A DNA stretch of 64,000 nt from Terriglobia bacterium (GTDB lineage Bacteria; Acidobacteriota; Terriglobia; JAJPHL01; JAPKYU01), in the NCBI GenBank assembly GCA_965223005.1, contig CBDCVK010000002.1:480001-544000 (forward strand). The letters are read 5' to 3'. Position 1 is the first letter of the stretch. Each line of letters begins with the position of its first letter. A model generated the notes under the pieces. The model searched no databases. It saw only the letters and a program-made list of their open reading frames with translations, and was not told where the DNA came from. Below are positions 19,651-30,235 of the stretch, in pieces. The position numbers and the translations under genes are program-made.

Positions 19651-20438
19651 GTGCGGCTCGCAACGCCCTGGGGTGGTTGCGCTCGGTGCTCGTCACCAAC
19701 CCGCTGATTTGCCTCTATACCATCGTCATGGGAACGATCTCGTTGGCCAGTTCCCTGGTGGACCCCCGGGGGATCTTTCAGCACCGTTGCGCGCAGATCT
19801 GGTCGCGCATGATCCTGGCCACCGGCCGTGTTAGGGTCCGCGTGCGGGGCTGGGAGAACGTTGAGCCTGGCCACGCCTACATCTTTTGCGCCAACCACAT
19901 GAGCTTGATTGATACCCCGGTGATTTTCGGAAAACTGCCGGTGCAGTTCACCATCCTGGCCAAGAAAAGCCTGTTTCGGATTCCGTTTATGGGTTGGCAC
20001 CTCCGCCGTTCGGGACACTTGCCAGTGGATTATGAGAATCCCCGCGCAGCCCGACGCAGTTTCGAGCAGGCAGCGCAGAAACTCCGTACCGGCTCCTCGC
20101 TGTTCTTTTTCCCCGAGGGTGGACGCAGTCGCGACTCGCGCTTGCGGCCGTTCCGGGCTGGGCCGTTCCTGCTGGCCATCAAGGCACGTGTCCCGGTGGT
20201 GCCGGTAGTGATTTTGGGAACACGTGAGGTGTTGCCAGTCGGTTCCATCAACATTCGGCCGGGTCAGGTCGAAGTGGTGGTGAAGGAACCCATTCCGACT
20301 GCCGGCACGACGCGCAAGGATGCAGACCGGCTGGCAACCGAAGTTCGTGAGCAAATTGCGCGCTCTCTGCCCGGGGAGGGGGCGGATGAAGCCGGACACG
20401 GCTTATCCGCAGTGAGCGCAGGAGAGGCCGAGGACTGA
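19647..20438 (+). CDS. plsC: 1-acyl-sn-glycerol-3-phosphate acyltransferase
   Basis: ANHMSLID (NHxxxxD) and FPEGGRS motifs. Confidence 0.88.
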   Translation: MSAARNALGWLRSVLVTNPLICLYTIVMGTISLASSLVDPRGIFQHRCAQIWSRMILATGRVRVRVRGWENVEPGHAYIFCANHMSLIDTPVIFGKLPVQFTILAKKSLFRIPFMGWHLRRSGHLPVDYENPRAARRSFEQAAQKLRTGSSLFFFPEGGRSRDSRLRPFRAGPFLLAIKARVPVVPVVILGTREVLPVGSINIRPGQVEVVVKEPIPTAGTTRKDADRLATEVREQIARSLPGEGADEAGHGLSAVSAGEAED

Positions 20439-20463
20439 GAGCGCGCGGCTAGGCTAACCGCCG

Positions 20464-21183
20464 ATGGCTTTTGGAGGGGTGGTGCGACCATTGATTGGCA
20501 TCAGTTGCCGGCTGGAGGAAAGGCCGGCAGAGGAAAACGACTGGTTCTATTTGCAGCGTGAGTACAGCGAAGCGGTGCTGGCCGCCGGAGGCATCCCGGT
20601 CATGCTGCCGCTGCTGGGCAAGCCGGAATATGCGGTGGGGCTCGCGGAGCGGCTTGACGCTATCGTGCTGCCCGGCAGTCGCAGCGATGTGGACCCGGCG
20701 CGCTACGGCGCCAGCCCGCATTCCAAGCTGGGCCCGGTGCACCGCGAGCGGGACGAGCTGGACGCGGCCCTAATTCGGCAGGCGTTGGAGCAGCACAAAC
20801 CGCTGCTGGGCATCTGCTTCGGCACTCAGATGCTGAACGTGGCGATGGGCGGCAGCCTGGTGCAGCATCTGGAAACCGACATTGCGCACAGTGACCGCAA
20901 GGTGTCCCACACTGTGCGGGTCGAGGCTGGGTCGTTGCTGGCGCGGCTGGGCGGGGCTGGCGACCATGAGGTCAATACCAGCCACCACCAGGCCCTGGAG
21001 CGCGTGCCGGCAGCGCTGCGAATCACGGCGCGTACACCCGACGGCGTCATCGAGGCGGTGGAGACGACCGAGCCTGACCGCTTCTTGCTGGGTGTGCAGT
21101 GGCACCCGGAGCGAATCTGGCAGAAGAGTCCGATTTCCCGCGCCTTGTTTGAGGAACTGGTCCGCCGCGGAGTGAGACAGTAG
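20464..21183 (+). CDS. Peptidase C26 / gamma-glutamyl-GABA hydrolase family glutamine amidotransferase
   Basis: LGICFG, NTSHHQA and GVQWHPE catalytic motifs. Confidence 0.92.
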   Translation: MAFGGVVRPLIGISCRLEERPAEENDWFYLQREYSEAVLAAGGIPVMLPLLGKPEYAVGLAERLDAIVLPGSRSDVDPARYGASPHSKLGPVHRERDELDAALIRQALEQHKPLLGICFGTQMLNVAMGGSLVQHLETDIAHSDRKVSHTVRVEAGSLLARLGGAGDHEVNTSHHQALERVPAALRITARTPDGVIEAVETTEPDRFLLGVQWHPERIWQKSPISRALFEELVRRGVRQ

Positions 21184-21262
21184 ACGGTAGGCCGTAGGCA
21201 GCAGGCGGGCAGCGGAAGGAATTTAGACCTTGGGATTTCAGTGAGCCAATCGGTGAGTTAAG

Positions 21263-22057
21263 ATGAATCGCTTGCGGCTTTTGATCGCTTCTTTTCTGAT
21301 TCTACTCCTACATTCCAGGGCGCTACCCGCGCAAGAAACCAGCCCGGCGGACAAGGGGCGGGCGATCTTAGAGGCGACCATTGAGAAACTGGGCGGAACA
21401 GCCTTTCTCAAGGCCCGTGATTTGAGAGCCGAGGGCCGCGCCTTCCAGTTCGGGCGCGATGAACGGCTTTCCGGGCTGGCGCGCTTCGTCGCCTACGAAA
21501 AGTTCCCCGACAAGGAACGGCAGGAGCTGGGTAAGAACAAGGATGTCATTGTGGTCTTCAACGGCGACAAGGGCTGGGACAAGACCTTTCGCGGCGTGCG
21601 AGAGTATTCCCCCGAGGAGATGCAGCGAATCCGGGAGAACAATCTGCTCAGCGTGGAGTATATCCTGCGCTCCCGGATGAAGGAGCCGGGATTACTGGTG
21701 CGCTACGCGGGCGGGGACATGATCGCACACCGCCCAGTGAACCTGGTGGAGGTGGTGGACGCCGAGAATCGCGCCGTGACCATTGCGATCGAGCGCGCCA
21801 GCAAACTGCCGGTGCGGCGCCAGTGGTCGCGTCGTAATCCCCGGACCCGGGTGCGAGAGACCGAGGTGGAAGTGCTGGGCAAGTACCGAAGCGTAAGCGG
21901 AATTTACACTCCCTACTACCGGCTGCGCGAGCGTAACGGGCAGAAAATCCTCGAAATTTTCCTCACCTCCGCCGCCTACAACGTGGAGCCGCCAGATTCG
22001 CTGTTCCAGCGCCCGCCTGGCCCGGAGCGCCACGAACCGCGCCGGCGCAAGCGCTAA
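21263..22057 (+). CDS. Exported hypothetical protein (LolA-like fold possible)
   Basis: Signal peptide; beta-rich mature region. Confidence 0.7.
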   Translation: MNRLRLLIASFLILLLHSRALPAQETSPADKGRAILEATIEKLGGTAFLKARDLRAEGRAFQFGRDERLSGLARFVAYEKFPDKERQELGKNKDVIVVFNGDKGWDKTFRGVREYSPEEMQRIRENNLLSVEYILRSRMKEPGLLVRYAGGDMIAHRPVNLVEVVDAENRAVTIAIERASKLPVRRQWSRRNPRTRVRETEVEVLGKYRSVSGIYTPYYRLRERNGQKILEIFLTSAAYNVEPPDSLFQRPPGPERHEPRRRKR

Positions 22058-22143
22058 GCAGTGACCAGTCGGCGGTAGCTATCCTCGACCTCGACTACTG
22101 CTCCACTGCTGTCTTCCTCGAAGCTACTGTCTTGCAGTTTGGC

Positions 22144-22575
22144 TTACACTTTGGCGATCAACTTGATCTCGATCAGTTGGTTCGGAAACGCGAGACGCGG
22201 AGTCACCAGTATGGTGCTCGCCACGACGGGCGTGCCGGAATAAGCTTCCTCCCGGACCTTTCCCACTACGGCGAAAGCAGCATCCATGTCCCTCACGTAC
22301 ACGACTTCATCGACCGCATTGTCCAGCGTTGCGCCATACTGCGCGAGCACCTTCTTGGCGTTGACGTAGCTTTGGCGCATCTGGGTCTCCATGTTCCCGT
22401 AGTCGGTGATATTTCCTTTGTCGTCAACTGGCGCCGGGCCGACCATATTCCCCTTGTCGTCGTGGCTCAGCTGCCCGGATACATAGATGGTGTCCCCAAC
22501 TTTCACAGCCTGCGAGTAGCCGTACCCCTTCTCCCACGGCATGCCTAACCCTTTTGCGTCTTTGCGGATTGTCAC
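22144..22575 (-). CDS. RidA/YjgF family protein
   Basis: YSQAVKVGDTIYVSGQ and LIEIKLIA motifs; SD GGAGGAG before GTG at 22575. Confidence 0.92.
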   Translation of the reverse strand: MTIRKDAKGLGMPWEKGYGYSQAVKVGDTIYVSGQLSHDDKGNMVGPAPVDDKGNITDYGNMETQMRQSYVNAKKVLAQYGATLDNAVDEVVYVRDMDAAFAVVGKVREEAYSGTPVVASTILVTPRLAFPNQLIEIKLIAKV

Positions 22576-22630
22576 AGCTCCTCCTTTGGCATAAGCGTAA
22601 GTTCCAACCACGCTCTTAGCTCTTATAGAC

Positions 22631-23902
22631 TCAGTGGATGGTGCGGGTCTTGCGCGACATGTAATCCATCAGCAGGTACTGGCCCAGGTTGAAGGGGGTG
22701 GTGAAGTAGGCTTTGCCGCGGCAGATTTCTGTAACCTTGCGCACGAAATTCACCAAGCCGTAGTCGCTGGCCAGCATGAAGGTGTTAATCAGGATTCCAC
22801 CACGCCGGCACTTGGCCACTTCTTTCAATGTCTCGCTGACCACCAGGGGGTCCAGGCCAAAGGCATTCTTGTAGATGCGCCCGTCTTCCAATGTCAGCGC
22901 CGACGGCTTGCCGTCGGTGATCATGATGATTTGGCGCATGTCCTTGCCCTGGCGGGCCAGCAGGCGCTGGGACAGGCGCAGGCCCTCGCGGGTGTTGGTG
23001 TAATGAGGTCCCACCTGCACGCGGGCCAGTTGGGTCAGGGGTACTTCCTCGGCCGAGTCGTGGAACAGCACTAACTGCAGACTGTCACCGGAATATTGCA
23101 TGCGAATCAGGTGCGCCAGCGCCAGGGTCACCTGCTTGGCAGGAGTGAAGCGGTCCTCGCCGTAGAGGATCATGCTGTGGCTGCAGTCCAGCATCAGCAC
23201 AGTGGCGCAAGAGGACTGGTACTCGGCCTGCTGGACCTGCAGATCCGGGTAATCCAGGTCCAACGGCAGCTTCATCCCGGCGCGCTTCATGGCGCTGAAC
23301 AGGGTTCCGCTGATGTCCAGATTGAGCGTGTCGCCAAACTCATAGGGTTTCGAGGCCCCACAGGCTTCGATGCCGGTAGCCAGATCGCGCGTGTCGTGAC
23401 GACCGAAGCTGGATTTGCCCAGCGAGGCGAGCAGGTCTTTCAGGGTGCGGTAGCCGAGGAAGTCCAGGCTCTTGTCGGTCAGTTCAAACTTGACCTGGGA
23501 CTGAGAGTCCATGTGGCCGGCGGCGTTGGACATCTGTGTGAGCGGCTGATTGGGAGATTGCTCGGGGTCGAAAGGCTCACTGACGGTGATGTAGCCTTCT
23601 TGCTGGAGCCGCTCGGCAAGTTGCTCCACCAACTGCTGCATCTGTTCCGGCGTCATGTTCTCCAGCCGCTCCATCCACTCCTGGAGCTGGTCGTCGGAGA
23701 AGGCGCCGCCGCTCTCGAGCGCTTCCCGGATGGCCTCCTTGAGCTGATCCATCGAGCGCTCCGAATCGTTCTCGAAGCCGTAGTAATTCTGCATCTGGAA
23801 GCCGCTTTGTAGCAGGAAGCCGGCCAGCGCTTTCATCAGACTGTCGAGGTCAATGCCCTCCAGTTCCTCCCCGGTGAATTTCGAGTACTTGATAAATTTC
23901 AT
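22631..23902 (-). CDS. VWA-domain protein (partner of the adjacent AAA+ ATPase)
   Basis: MIDAS motif DCSHSM, YTNT and ITDGKPS. Confidence 0.92.
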   Translation of the reverse strand: MKFIKYSKFTGEELEGIDLDSLMKALAGFLLQSGFQMQNYYGFENDSERSMDQLKEAIREALESGGAFSDDQLQEWMERLENMTPEQMQQLVEQLAERLQQEGYITVSEPFDPEQSPNQPLTQMSNAAGHMDSQSQVKFELTDKSLDFLGYRTLKDLLASLGKSSFGRHDTRDLATGIEACGASKPYEFGDTLNLDISGTLFSAMKRAGMKLPLDLDYPDLQVQQAEYQSSCATVLMLDCSHSMILYGEDRFTPAKQVTLALAHLIRMQYSGDSLQLVLFHDSAEEVPLTQLARVQVGPHYTNTREGLRLSQRLLARQGKDMRQIIMITDGKPSALTLEDGRIYKNAFGLDPLVVSETLKEVAKCRRGGILINTFMLASDYGLVNFVRKVTEICRGKAYFTTPFNLGQYLLMDYMSRKTRTIH

Positions 23903-23961
23903 AGGCTGCTAGAAATCTGCGTCGGCTAAAGAATCCCCGGGCAACCCCCTAAATTCGCAAT

Positions 23962-25431
23962 TCAGTTATAGGGCTTGCGGTAGCGGCTGCTGAAATCCTG
24001 GCGCGTCGGCATTTCCTGCTTCCTCTCCTCCGCCACGTAACCGCGCTCTTCTGAGCGGCTGATGCGGCGTTGGGCGTAGAGGCCTTCCAGCAAGAATTCG
24101 GCAGCCGAAACTGCCAGCGCCGGATCCTTCTTGGGCCGGATGCCCAGGGCGGCCACCCGCTCCAGCAGGCCCTGAATGGAACGGAGCTGCGGCAAGACCT
24201 CGCCTGTCGGTGCCGTTTCCGTAATCTTCAGCGTTCCCCCCAAATCGAACCACTGGACGATCTGTTGCATGTCGGCGCCTTCGAAGTATCGCCCGTAGAC
24301 CTTGCTGACGGCGGCGCGGATCAGATCGCGCGCCATTTGCTCGGCGCCCTTCAGTTCGCCCTCATACTCCAGCTCCAGTTTTCCGGTGAGAGCGGGCAAG
24401 GCGGCATAGATATCGCAGATCCGAGGCAAGGTGCGGGCTTCGCCGTTGCGGATGGCGCGCCGTTCGGCGTTGGAAACGACGTTTTCCAGGTAGGTGATGG
24501 GTATGCGTTGAGATACCCCGGAACGCTGGTCAATCCTCTTGTCGCCGCGTGCCTGGAAAGCAATCTCCTCCACGATCTCGCGGATATAGTGCGGGACGTG
24601 CAGGGGCATCCCGTCGCGCTCGGTGAAGGACTCCTGGGCGGTGATAGCCATGCCGTGGTCCAGGCTGGCCGGGTAGTGGGTACGGATCTCCGACCCGATG
24701 CGGTCTTTCAACGGGGTGACGATCTTGCCGCGTGCCGTGTAGTCCTCCGGATTGGCGCTAAACACCAACAGCACGTCCAGCGGAAGGCGCACTGGGTAGC
24801 CTTTGATCTGAACGTCGCCCTCTTCCATGATGTTGAACAGGCCCACCTGGATCTTGCCGGCCAGATCCGGCAGCTCGTTGATGGCGAAGATGCAGCGGTT
24901 GGCGCGGGGGAGCAGGCCGTAGTGAATGGTCAGCTCGTCGGAGAGCTGGTGGCCGCCGCGGGCTGCCTTGATGGGGTCTACGTCGCCGATCATGTCGGCG
25001 ATGGTGACATCAGGGGTCGCCAGCTTCTCCACGAACCGTTGCTCGCTGCCCAGCCAGGTCAGGGGGGTCTGGTCCCCCAGTTCATGAATTTTCTGGCGGC
25101 AGGCGCGGCAGATGGGCCGGGAGGGACTGTCGTTGATCTCGCAGCCGGCCACGACGGGGATTTCCTCCTCCAGTAATCCTGTCAAGGCCCGCAGGAGGCG
25201 GCTCTTGGCCTGTCCACGCAGGCCGAGCAGGATGAAATTGTGCCGGGAGAGAATGGCGTTGGCCAGCTGGGGTAGGACGGAATCTTCATACCCAATGATG
25301 CCGGGAAACAACGGAACCTTGCGCTTGACCTTGCAGATCAAGTTCTCTCGCATCTCGTCCTTCACGGAGCGCGGTTGCGCTTGCCAGTATTCGCTGCGGC
25401 GCAGTTCCCCCAGAGTCGTCGGTTTCTTCAT
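23962..25431 (-). CDS. Mg-chelatase subunit I-like AAA+ ATPase
   Basis: GLRGQAKSR, EKLATPD, INELPDL and SANPEDYT motifs. Confidence 0.92.
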   Translation of the reverse strand: MKKPTTLGELRRSEYWQAQPRSVKDEMRENLICKVKRKVPLFPGIIGYEDSVLPQLANAILSRHNFILLGLRGQAKSRLLRALTGLLEEEIPVVAGCEINDSPSRPICRACRQKIHELGDQTPLTWLGSEQRFVEKLATPDVTIADMIGDVDPIKAARGGHQLSDELTIHYGLLPRANRCIFAINELPDLAGKIQVGLFNIMEEGDVQIKGYPVRLPLDVLLVFSANPEDYTARGKIVTPLKDRIGSEIRTHYPASLDHGMAITAQESFTERDGMPLHVPHYIREIVEEIAFQARGDKRIDQRSGVSQRIPITYLENVVSNAERRAIRNGEARTLPRICDIYAALPALTGKLELEYEGELKGAEQMARDLIRAAVSKVYGRYFEGADMQQIVQWFDLGGTLKITETAPTGEVLPQLRSIQGLLERVAALGIRPKKDPALAVSAAEFLLEGLYAQRRISRSEERGYVAEERKQEMPTRQDFSSRYRKPYN

Positions 25432-25566
25432 GGTGCGATGGCTCCCCCGAAACTTCCAGCGTGGGCGAAAAAAATCCTCCCGTAGTCCGATTCCTGTACA
25501 AAAATTTGATTATAACAGCAGGACACCTTCGACGTTTCCAGAGATTCCTGAAGCCATGCCGTGCAG

Positions 25567-26199
25567 CTATTGGCAATGGCCGTTGCCTCCAGACTTCGTG
25601 CGCACCCAGCCGGCCCGGCGCAGTTGGGAGGGCAAGCGCTCGAAGTATTGCGCCATTCGTTCCAGCCGCTGAGTCTCTGAACGCAGCGCGAGCAACGACT
25701 GCTTGAAATCCAGTTCGAGCGGGAGCGGGCCCGTCAGGCGAAACGACAGTGGCGCCAGATCGGCCTCGGCGCTCGGCGCTTCATGCTCTTGCTCACGATC
25801 GGGGAGCAATTCAACCACTTGTCGGTGGAGTTCCAGTACGCGATTGCGCAGGACATCGGCCGCCGAACTGTCTTCATCCTGGAAGAACTGGGGCGCGCCG
25901 CGCAGGTACTCCTTACTCTGGTCTACGAACAGCACCTCGAAGCGGCGCCTGCCTTCGGTGAGGATGTCCATGCGGCCGTCGGCGTAGGAGCGGACGAGCT
26001 CGACCACCTCGGCGGTGCAGCCCACCTTGGCAATGCCATTCGGCTTGGCCAGGACAACGCCGAATTCCCGCTGCTCCTTCGCCGCCAGGTACTCGCGGAT
26101 CATGACCTTATAGCGCTCCTCAAAGATATGCAGCGGAAGCGGCTGTCCGGGAAACAACACCACCTCCAGCGGGAATAGCGGGATCAGCGAGTCCTGCAT
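25567..26199 (-). CDS. Stand-alone LON substrate-binding domain protein
   Basis: IPLFPLEVVLFPGQPLPLHIFEERY motif. Confidence 0.92.
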   Translation of the reverse strand: MQDSLIPLFPLEVVLFPGQPLPLHIFEERYKVMIREYLAAKEQREFGVVLAKPNGIAKVGCTAEVVELVRSYADGRMDILTEGRRRFEVLFVDQSKEYLRGAPQFFQDEDSSAADVLRNRVLELHRQVVELLPDREQEHEAPSAEADLAPLSFRLTGPLPLELDFKQSLLALRSETQRLERMAQYFERLPSQLRRAGWVRTKSGGNGHCQ

Positions 26200-26268
26200 G
26201 CCTGCTCCATGGTAACACCGGGGGTATCACCGGGCGCGGAGCACCGCAGTTGAGGCAAAATAGACGAC

Positions 26269-27054
26269 ATGGAATTAGCAGAGCGGGTGGTGTTGATTAC
26301 GGGAGCCTCGATGGGGATCGGCGAAGCGCTGGCCCGCGCCTACGCCGACGAAGGAGCGCAGCTGGTGCTGGCGGCCCGCTCGGCCGAGCGGCTCGAGCAG
26401 GTGGTCTCCACGTTGCCACAAGGACGGGCGCTGGCCGTGCCCACCGACCTGACGGATCCTCGCCAGATCGCTGAGCTCGTGGACCGCGGCCTGCAGCGCT
26501 TCGGCCGCGTCGACGTCCTGGTGAACAACGCTGGTGTGGGATTATTCTCGACGCTGAGTGACATGGACCGAGTGCAGTTCCAGCGCCTGTTTGCGCTCAA
26601 CGTATTTGCGCCCATCCACCTGATCCAAACCGTACTGCCTCAGATGAAGTACCGGCGTCAGGGGCAGATCGTCAACGTCTCCTCGGTCTTGGGGTATGTG
26701 GCAATGCCGGCCATGGGCGCCTATGCGGCTAGCAAGTTCTCGTTGCGGGCCTTGACCGATGCGCTGCGCGTGGAGGTGAAACCCTTCGGCATCCACGTGC
26801 TGGGCGTCTATCCCGGCCGGATCCGCACTCCATTCGCTGACAATGCTTACTGGGGTACGGTGCCGCGGGGGTATCGCAGCCGGAGGGGGGGCATCTCGGC
26901 CGAGCGTTGTGCGCGAGCCATCGTGGCGGCTTCCCGCAAGGAGAAGCGGGAAATCATGGTGCCGGGCGCGAAAATGCGCGCCTTCGTTAGTTTTTCTCGC
27001 TGGTTTCCCGGCACCACCGACCGGCTGCTGGCCAGGATGTTCCGTGATTCCTAG
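26269..27054 (+). CDS. Short-chain dehydrogenase/reductase
   Basis: TGASMGIG, NNAG and YAASK motifs. Confidence 0.95.
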   Translation: MELAERVVLITGASMGIGEALARAYADEGAQLVLAARSAERLEQVVSTLPQGRALAVPTDLTDPRQIAELVDRGLQRFGRVDVLVNNAGVGLFSTLSDMDRVQFQRLFALNVFAPIHLIQTVLPQMKYRRQGQIVNVSSVLGYVAMPAMGAYAASKFSLRALTDALRVEVKPFGIHVLGVYPGRIRTPFADNAYWGTVPRGYRSRRGGISAERCARAIVAASRKEKREIMVPGAKMRAFVSFSRWFPGTTDRLLARMFRDS

Positions 27055-27073
27055 GAGAGGATGTGGGTGGGAC

Positions 27074-27442
27074 CTAGCCCGAGCCAGCGGGTCGGTTTAA
27101 CCGCTGTAGGAGTTCGTCCAGTGCCGCCTGCATCTCGGAGCCTGCATGCTGGTTCCCCGTGCGACCGCAAACCTCGATACCGCGCTGGTACATCTGGCGC
27201 GCCTCTTCCAGGCGCTCCAAAGTCTCCAGAGCCCGGCCGCCGTGGAAGTAGGCTGCCTCATAGTCCGGGCTGACCTCCAGCAATCGGCCAAACTCCGCGA
27301 TGGCTTCCTGGAGGCACCCTGTGTTCGCGTACTCCTGGGCCAGGCCATAGCGCAGGAAAGTATTTTGCGGGTCTTGCGCGGCCATCTCCTGCAACCGTTC
27401 CAGTCGCGTTTTCGTGATCGGGGGTTCTGGCTTTGAACTCAT
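27074..27442 (-). CDS. TPR-repeat protein
   Basis: FLRYGLAQEY and AAYFHGGRALE TPR helices. Confidence 0.85.
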   Translation of the reverse strand: MSSKPEPPITKTRLERLQEMAAQDPQNTFLRYGLAQEYANTGCLQEAIAEFGRLLEVSPDYEAAYFHGGRALETLERLEEARQMYQRGIEVCGRTGNQHAGSEMQAALDELLQRLNRPAGSG

Positions 27443-27577
27443 GGGCCAGCCAGCATATCATACCCGCCTCAGGGCCCGCTCCAGGGTCAACGTGCGGTGG
27501 CTGGCAGCAAGGGCCACTCAGGCTTGTGACTTTCGACTTTGGGCGACTTTGGCAACTTTGGACGATAGAGCAGTCTG

Positions 27578-28018
27578 ATGGCTTGCCCGTTCTTCTATCC
27601 GACCGAGCCTGTAGTTGGGCAACACTTAGTTGAGCAGCAGTGGCGAACTGATCGGCCCATGCCGCTCGGTGATCTCTTCCGCGGGGAGTGTCGCGCCAAA
27701 GCCGTGCCTTATCATCCCAAGGCCGAGGAACTGAAGAACCTGTGCAACCTGGGCTACGTGCGCGGCAAATGCCCGCGCTTTCCCCAGGGCTGCCAGGTTG
27801 ACGCAGCGCGGTTTGCTCTGAACCGGGACACGCCCGACCGCGTGGCGATCACCTACGTACAGGAGCGTGACTACCGCCCCTTCAGCCACGGTACGCTGGA
27901 GTACTTGACGGCCCGGCAGGGCTGGGCGACACTTCCTGCCGACCGCAACCTTCGCCGGCAAGCGCTGGTATACCTGGGTGCTTACCGGAGGCGCAAAGCT
28001 TCAGCGGCCAGCGGTTGA
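27578..28018 (+). CDS. Cys-rich hypothetical protein
   Basis: MACPFFYP, GEC, CNLGY and CPRFP; possible metal-binding site. Confidence 0.7.
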   Translation: MACPFFYPTEPVVGQHLVEQQWRTDRPMPLGDLFRGECRAKAVPYHPKAEELKNLCNLGYVRGKCPRFPQGCQVDAARFALNRDTPDRVAITYVQERDYRPFSHGTLEYLTARQGWATLPADRNLRRQALVYLGAYRRRKASAASG

Positions 28019-28090
28019 TGTCGGGACAGGTGGTCCAACCAATAGTCTGGTCTGGCGGGGCTGACCGGAACTGAGAGAAACGGAAATTCC

Positions 28091-28573
28091 TTGGCTATGC
28101 AAGAAGGCAAGCCAGTTTGCGAGTCCCAGACAGAGATGGTGGAGATGGTGCTGCCCAACGACGCCAATCCGTTGGGAGACATCTTGGGAGGCAAGGTTCT
28201 CCACTTGGTAGACATCGCGGCAGCGATCGCCGCCCACCGCCACTCCCGCAGCTACGTAGTCACCGCGTCGCTGGACCACGTGGATTTCCGCCATCCGATC
28301 CGGGTCGGCGAGCTGGTCCTGCTGAAAGCCTCCGTGAACCGCGTCTTTCGCAGCTCGATGGAAGTAGGCGTAAAAGTGTTCAGCGAGAACCCGCTAACCG
28401 GAGAGCGCCGGCCGACCAGCTCGGCCTACGCGACGATGGTGGCTTTGGACAGGGAAGGGAAGCCGACGGCCATCCCGCCGGTGATTCCCGAAACCGAGGA
28501 ACAAAAGCGGCGTTACCAGCAAGCTGAAGCTCGCCGCCGCTACCGGCTGGAGCAGCGGGACAGGCAGAGCTAG
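28091..28573 (+). CDS. Acyl-CoA thioesterase (hotdog fold, YciA-like)
   Basis: VLPNDANPLGDILGG, VTAS and SSMEVGV motifs. Confidence 0.93.
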   Translation: MAMQEGKPVCESQTEMVEMVLPNDANPLGDILGGKVLHLVDIAAAIAAHRHSRSYVVTASLDHVDFRHPIRVGELVLLKASVNRVFRSSMEVGVKVFSENPLTGERRPTSSAYATMVALDREGKPTAIPPVIPETEEQKRRYQQAEARRRYRLEQRDRQS

Positions 28574-28623
28574 CCCTAAGCGAACAGGGAACAGGCTCCG
28601 CCAGGTCACCAGACGAATGCCGT

Positions 28624-28947
28624 TTAGGCGCCTGTATTTTCTTCCGTGTTGTTCTGCTGATCTTGCTCCTTGAAGAGATACTTGATGGTCGGCTTGTAGA
28701 TGAGCAGGTTCGGTCCCGTCACTCGATTCACTTTAATGCAGTTCTTGTCGTACCACTCGATCACACCTCGAATCTGTTCGCCGTCTTGCAACACGACCAC
28801 CATTGATGTGTGGGCCTGCATTTGCTTGACATAGTAAAAATTTTCAGCGTTGGTGGTTTCCGGAGGCGTGGGCTTCTTGCGCAGGGGGCGGGCCGGAGAC
28901 TGCTCCTTGATCTCCGTCAGGGATGGGCGGATAAGTTTGCGATTCAC
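28624..28947 (-). CDS. Hfq/Sm-like RNA chaperone
   Basis: Sm1-like [17 protein letters not shown] and Sm2-like [10 protein letters not shown]. Confidence 0.78.
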   Translation of the reverse strand: MNRKLIRPSLTEIKEQSPARPLRKKPTPPETTNAENFYYVKQMQAHTSMVVVLQDGEQIRGVIEWYDKNCIKVNRVTGPNLLIYKPTIKYLFKEQDQQNNTEENTGA

Positions 28948-29116
28948 CCTATTGCTCCTTGCTGGTTTTCTTTTGCACTCCGCATCCCGCCACTGACCGG
29001 CTCGGAGGGGACCAACCCGGACTCCATACTAGATTGCAGAACTTGGGATGTCGTTAAAGCCAACCTATCACAGTGGGCCGCCGCCGTGCAACAGGAACGA
29101 GTCGCGGCGCCGCAGC

Positions 29117-30235
29117 TCACAGACCTGTCCGCTCCCGGCGGAGCGATACCGCCAATGCTTCCAGGGCTACCTGCTTGTTAATGTTTCTGCGGAGCAGGCG
29201 ATCCAGGCGATCCAGCCGCCCTGTGGCCCGCCTGACCCACTCCCAGTCCACCTGGCGCGCGATCCCAGCCAGTTCTTTCTCCAGATCCAGGTTGCGCAGA
29301 GGGCGACTCGGAACTCCGGTTTCCCGGCTCACGACGAGGTACAAAACGTCGTGGAACAGACTATAAAAGAGGCCCAGCAGTTTTTCAAGTTTTTCTTCCC
29401 GGGCTTGCGCCAGGCTTCGTGTGCGCGCGAACAAGCCGCCGAAGTTGCGGCGTTCGAACCCGTCGCGGACAAGTGCCAGCAGTTCTCCGCGCAGCCGCCG
29501 CGATTCCTCCAGATCCATCCGGCCGGCAATCCCGGGGCTGCCCTCGGAGAGCCGGGCCGCCAGCCGTTTCTCGGCCGGGCTCCACGGCACCGCCTCCAGC
29601 AGCCGCTCCACCTCCTCGCTGCCGAGCGGCGCCAGATGCAGGGGAAAGGCCCGCGACCGCACCGTCGGGAGCAGCTGGAAGTAGGAGATTGCAGTCAGCA
29701 GCAGCAGAGTATCGGCCGGCGGCTCTTCCAGGATTTTCAGCATGGCGCTGGCTGCAACTTCGTCGGTGCGGTCGACATTGTCCAAAATGAACACGCGCTG
29801 CCGTGCCCGGGAAGGCCGATATTGCGCCAGGGCGATCATCCGGCGCACCTGGTGGATGGAGATTTGCTGCGTCTTGCCGTCCGGCGGCAGCACGAAGATG
29901 TCCGGGTGAGTACTCAGCAGCAGCGGGTTCTCTTTGCGTTCCTGCAGCGACAGCCGCGGCCGTTCGGCCACGATTTTGCCCAACTCAGGGTGGTCCTCGT
30001 AAGTTTCCAGTTCAGCAATGGCCTTGCAATTCCAGCATTCGCCGCAAAAGTCGGCCCGGTCGTAGGCGGCTTCATCCAAGCAGTTGATCGTCCGCGCCAC
30101 CATGGTCGCCATCGTGTGCTTGCCCACGCCGGGCGGACCCGCTAGGGTCAAGCTGTGGGGTAGCCGTCGGCTGCGGATCATCCGCCGCACGGAGGCCACG
30201 ATGGCGGTGTTACCACGAAAGCGTTCCCAACCCAT
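29117..30235 (-). CDS. holB: DNA polymerase III delta-prime subunit
   Basis: GPPGVGK, CGECWNC, HPD, LKILEEPP and LPTVRSR motifs; tmk-holB synteny. Confidence 0.93.
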   Translation of the reverse strand: MGWERFRGNTAIVASVRRMIRSRRLPHSLTLAGPPGVGKHTMATMVARTINCLDEAAYDRADFCGECWNCKAIAELETYEDHPELGKIVAERPRLSLQERKENPLLLSTHPDIFVLPPDGKTQQISIHQVRRMIALAQYRPSRARQRVFILDNVDRTDEVAASAMLKILEEPPADTLLLLTAISYFQLLPTVRSRAFPLHLAPLGSEEVERLLEAVPWSPAEKRLAARLSEGSPGIAGRMDLEESRRLRGELLALVRDGFERRNFGGLFARTRSLAQAREEKLEKLLGLFYSLFHDVLYLVVSRETGVPSRPLRNLDLEKELAGIARQVDWEWVRRATGRLDRLDRLLRRNINKQVALEALAVSLRRERTGL

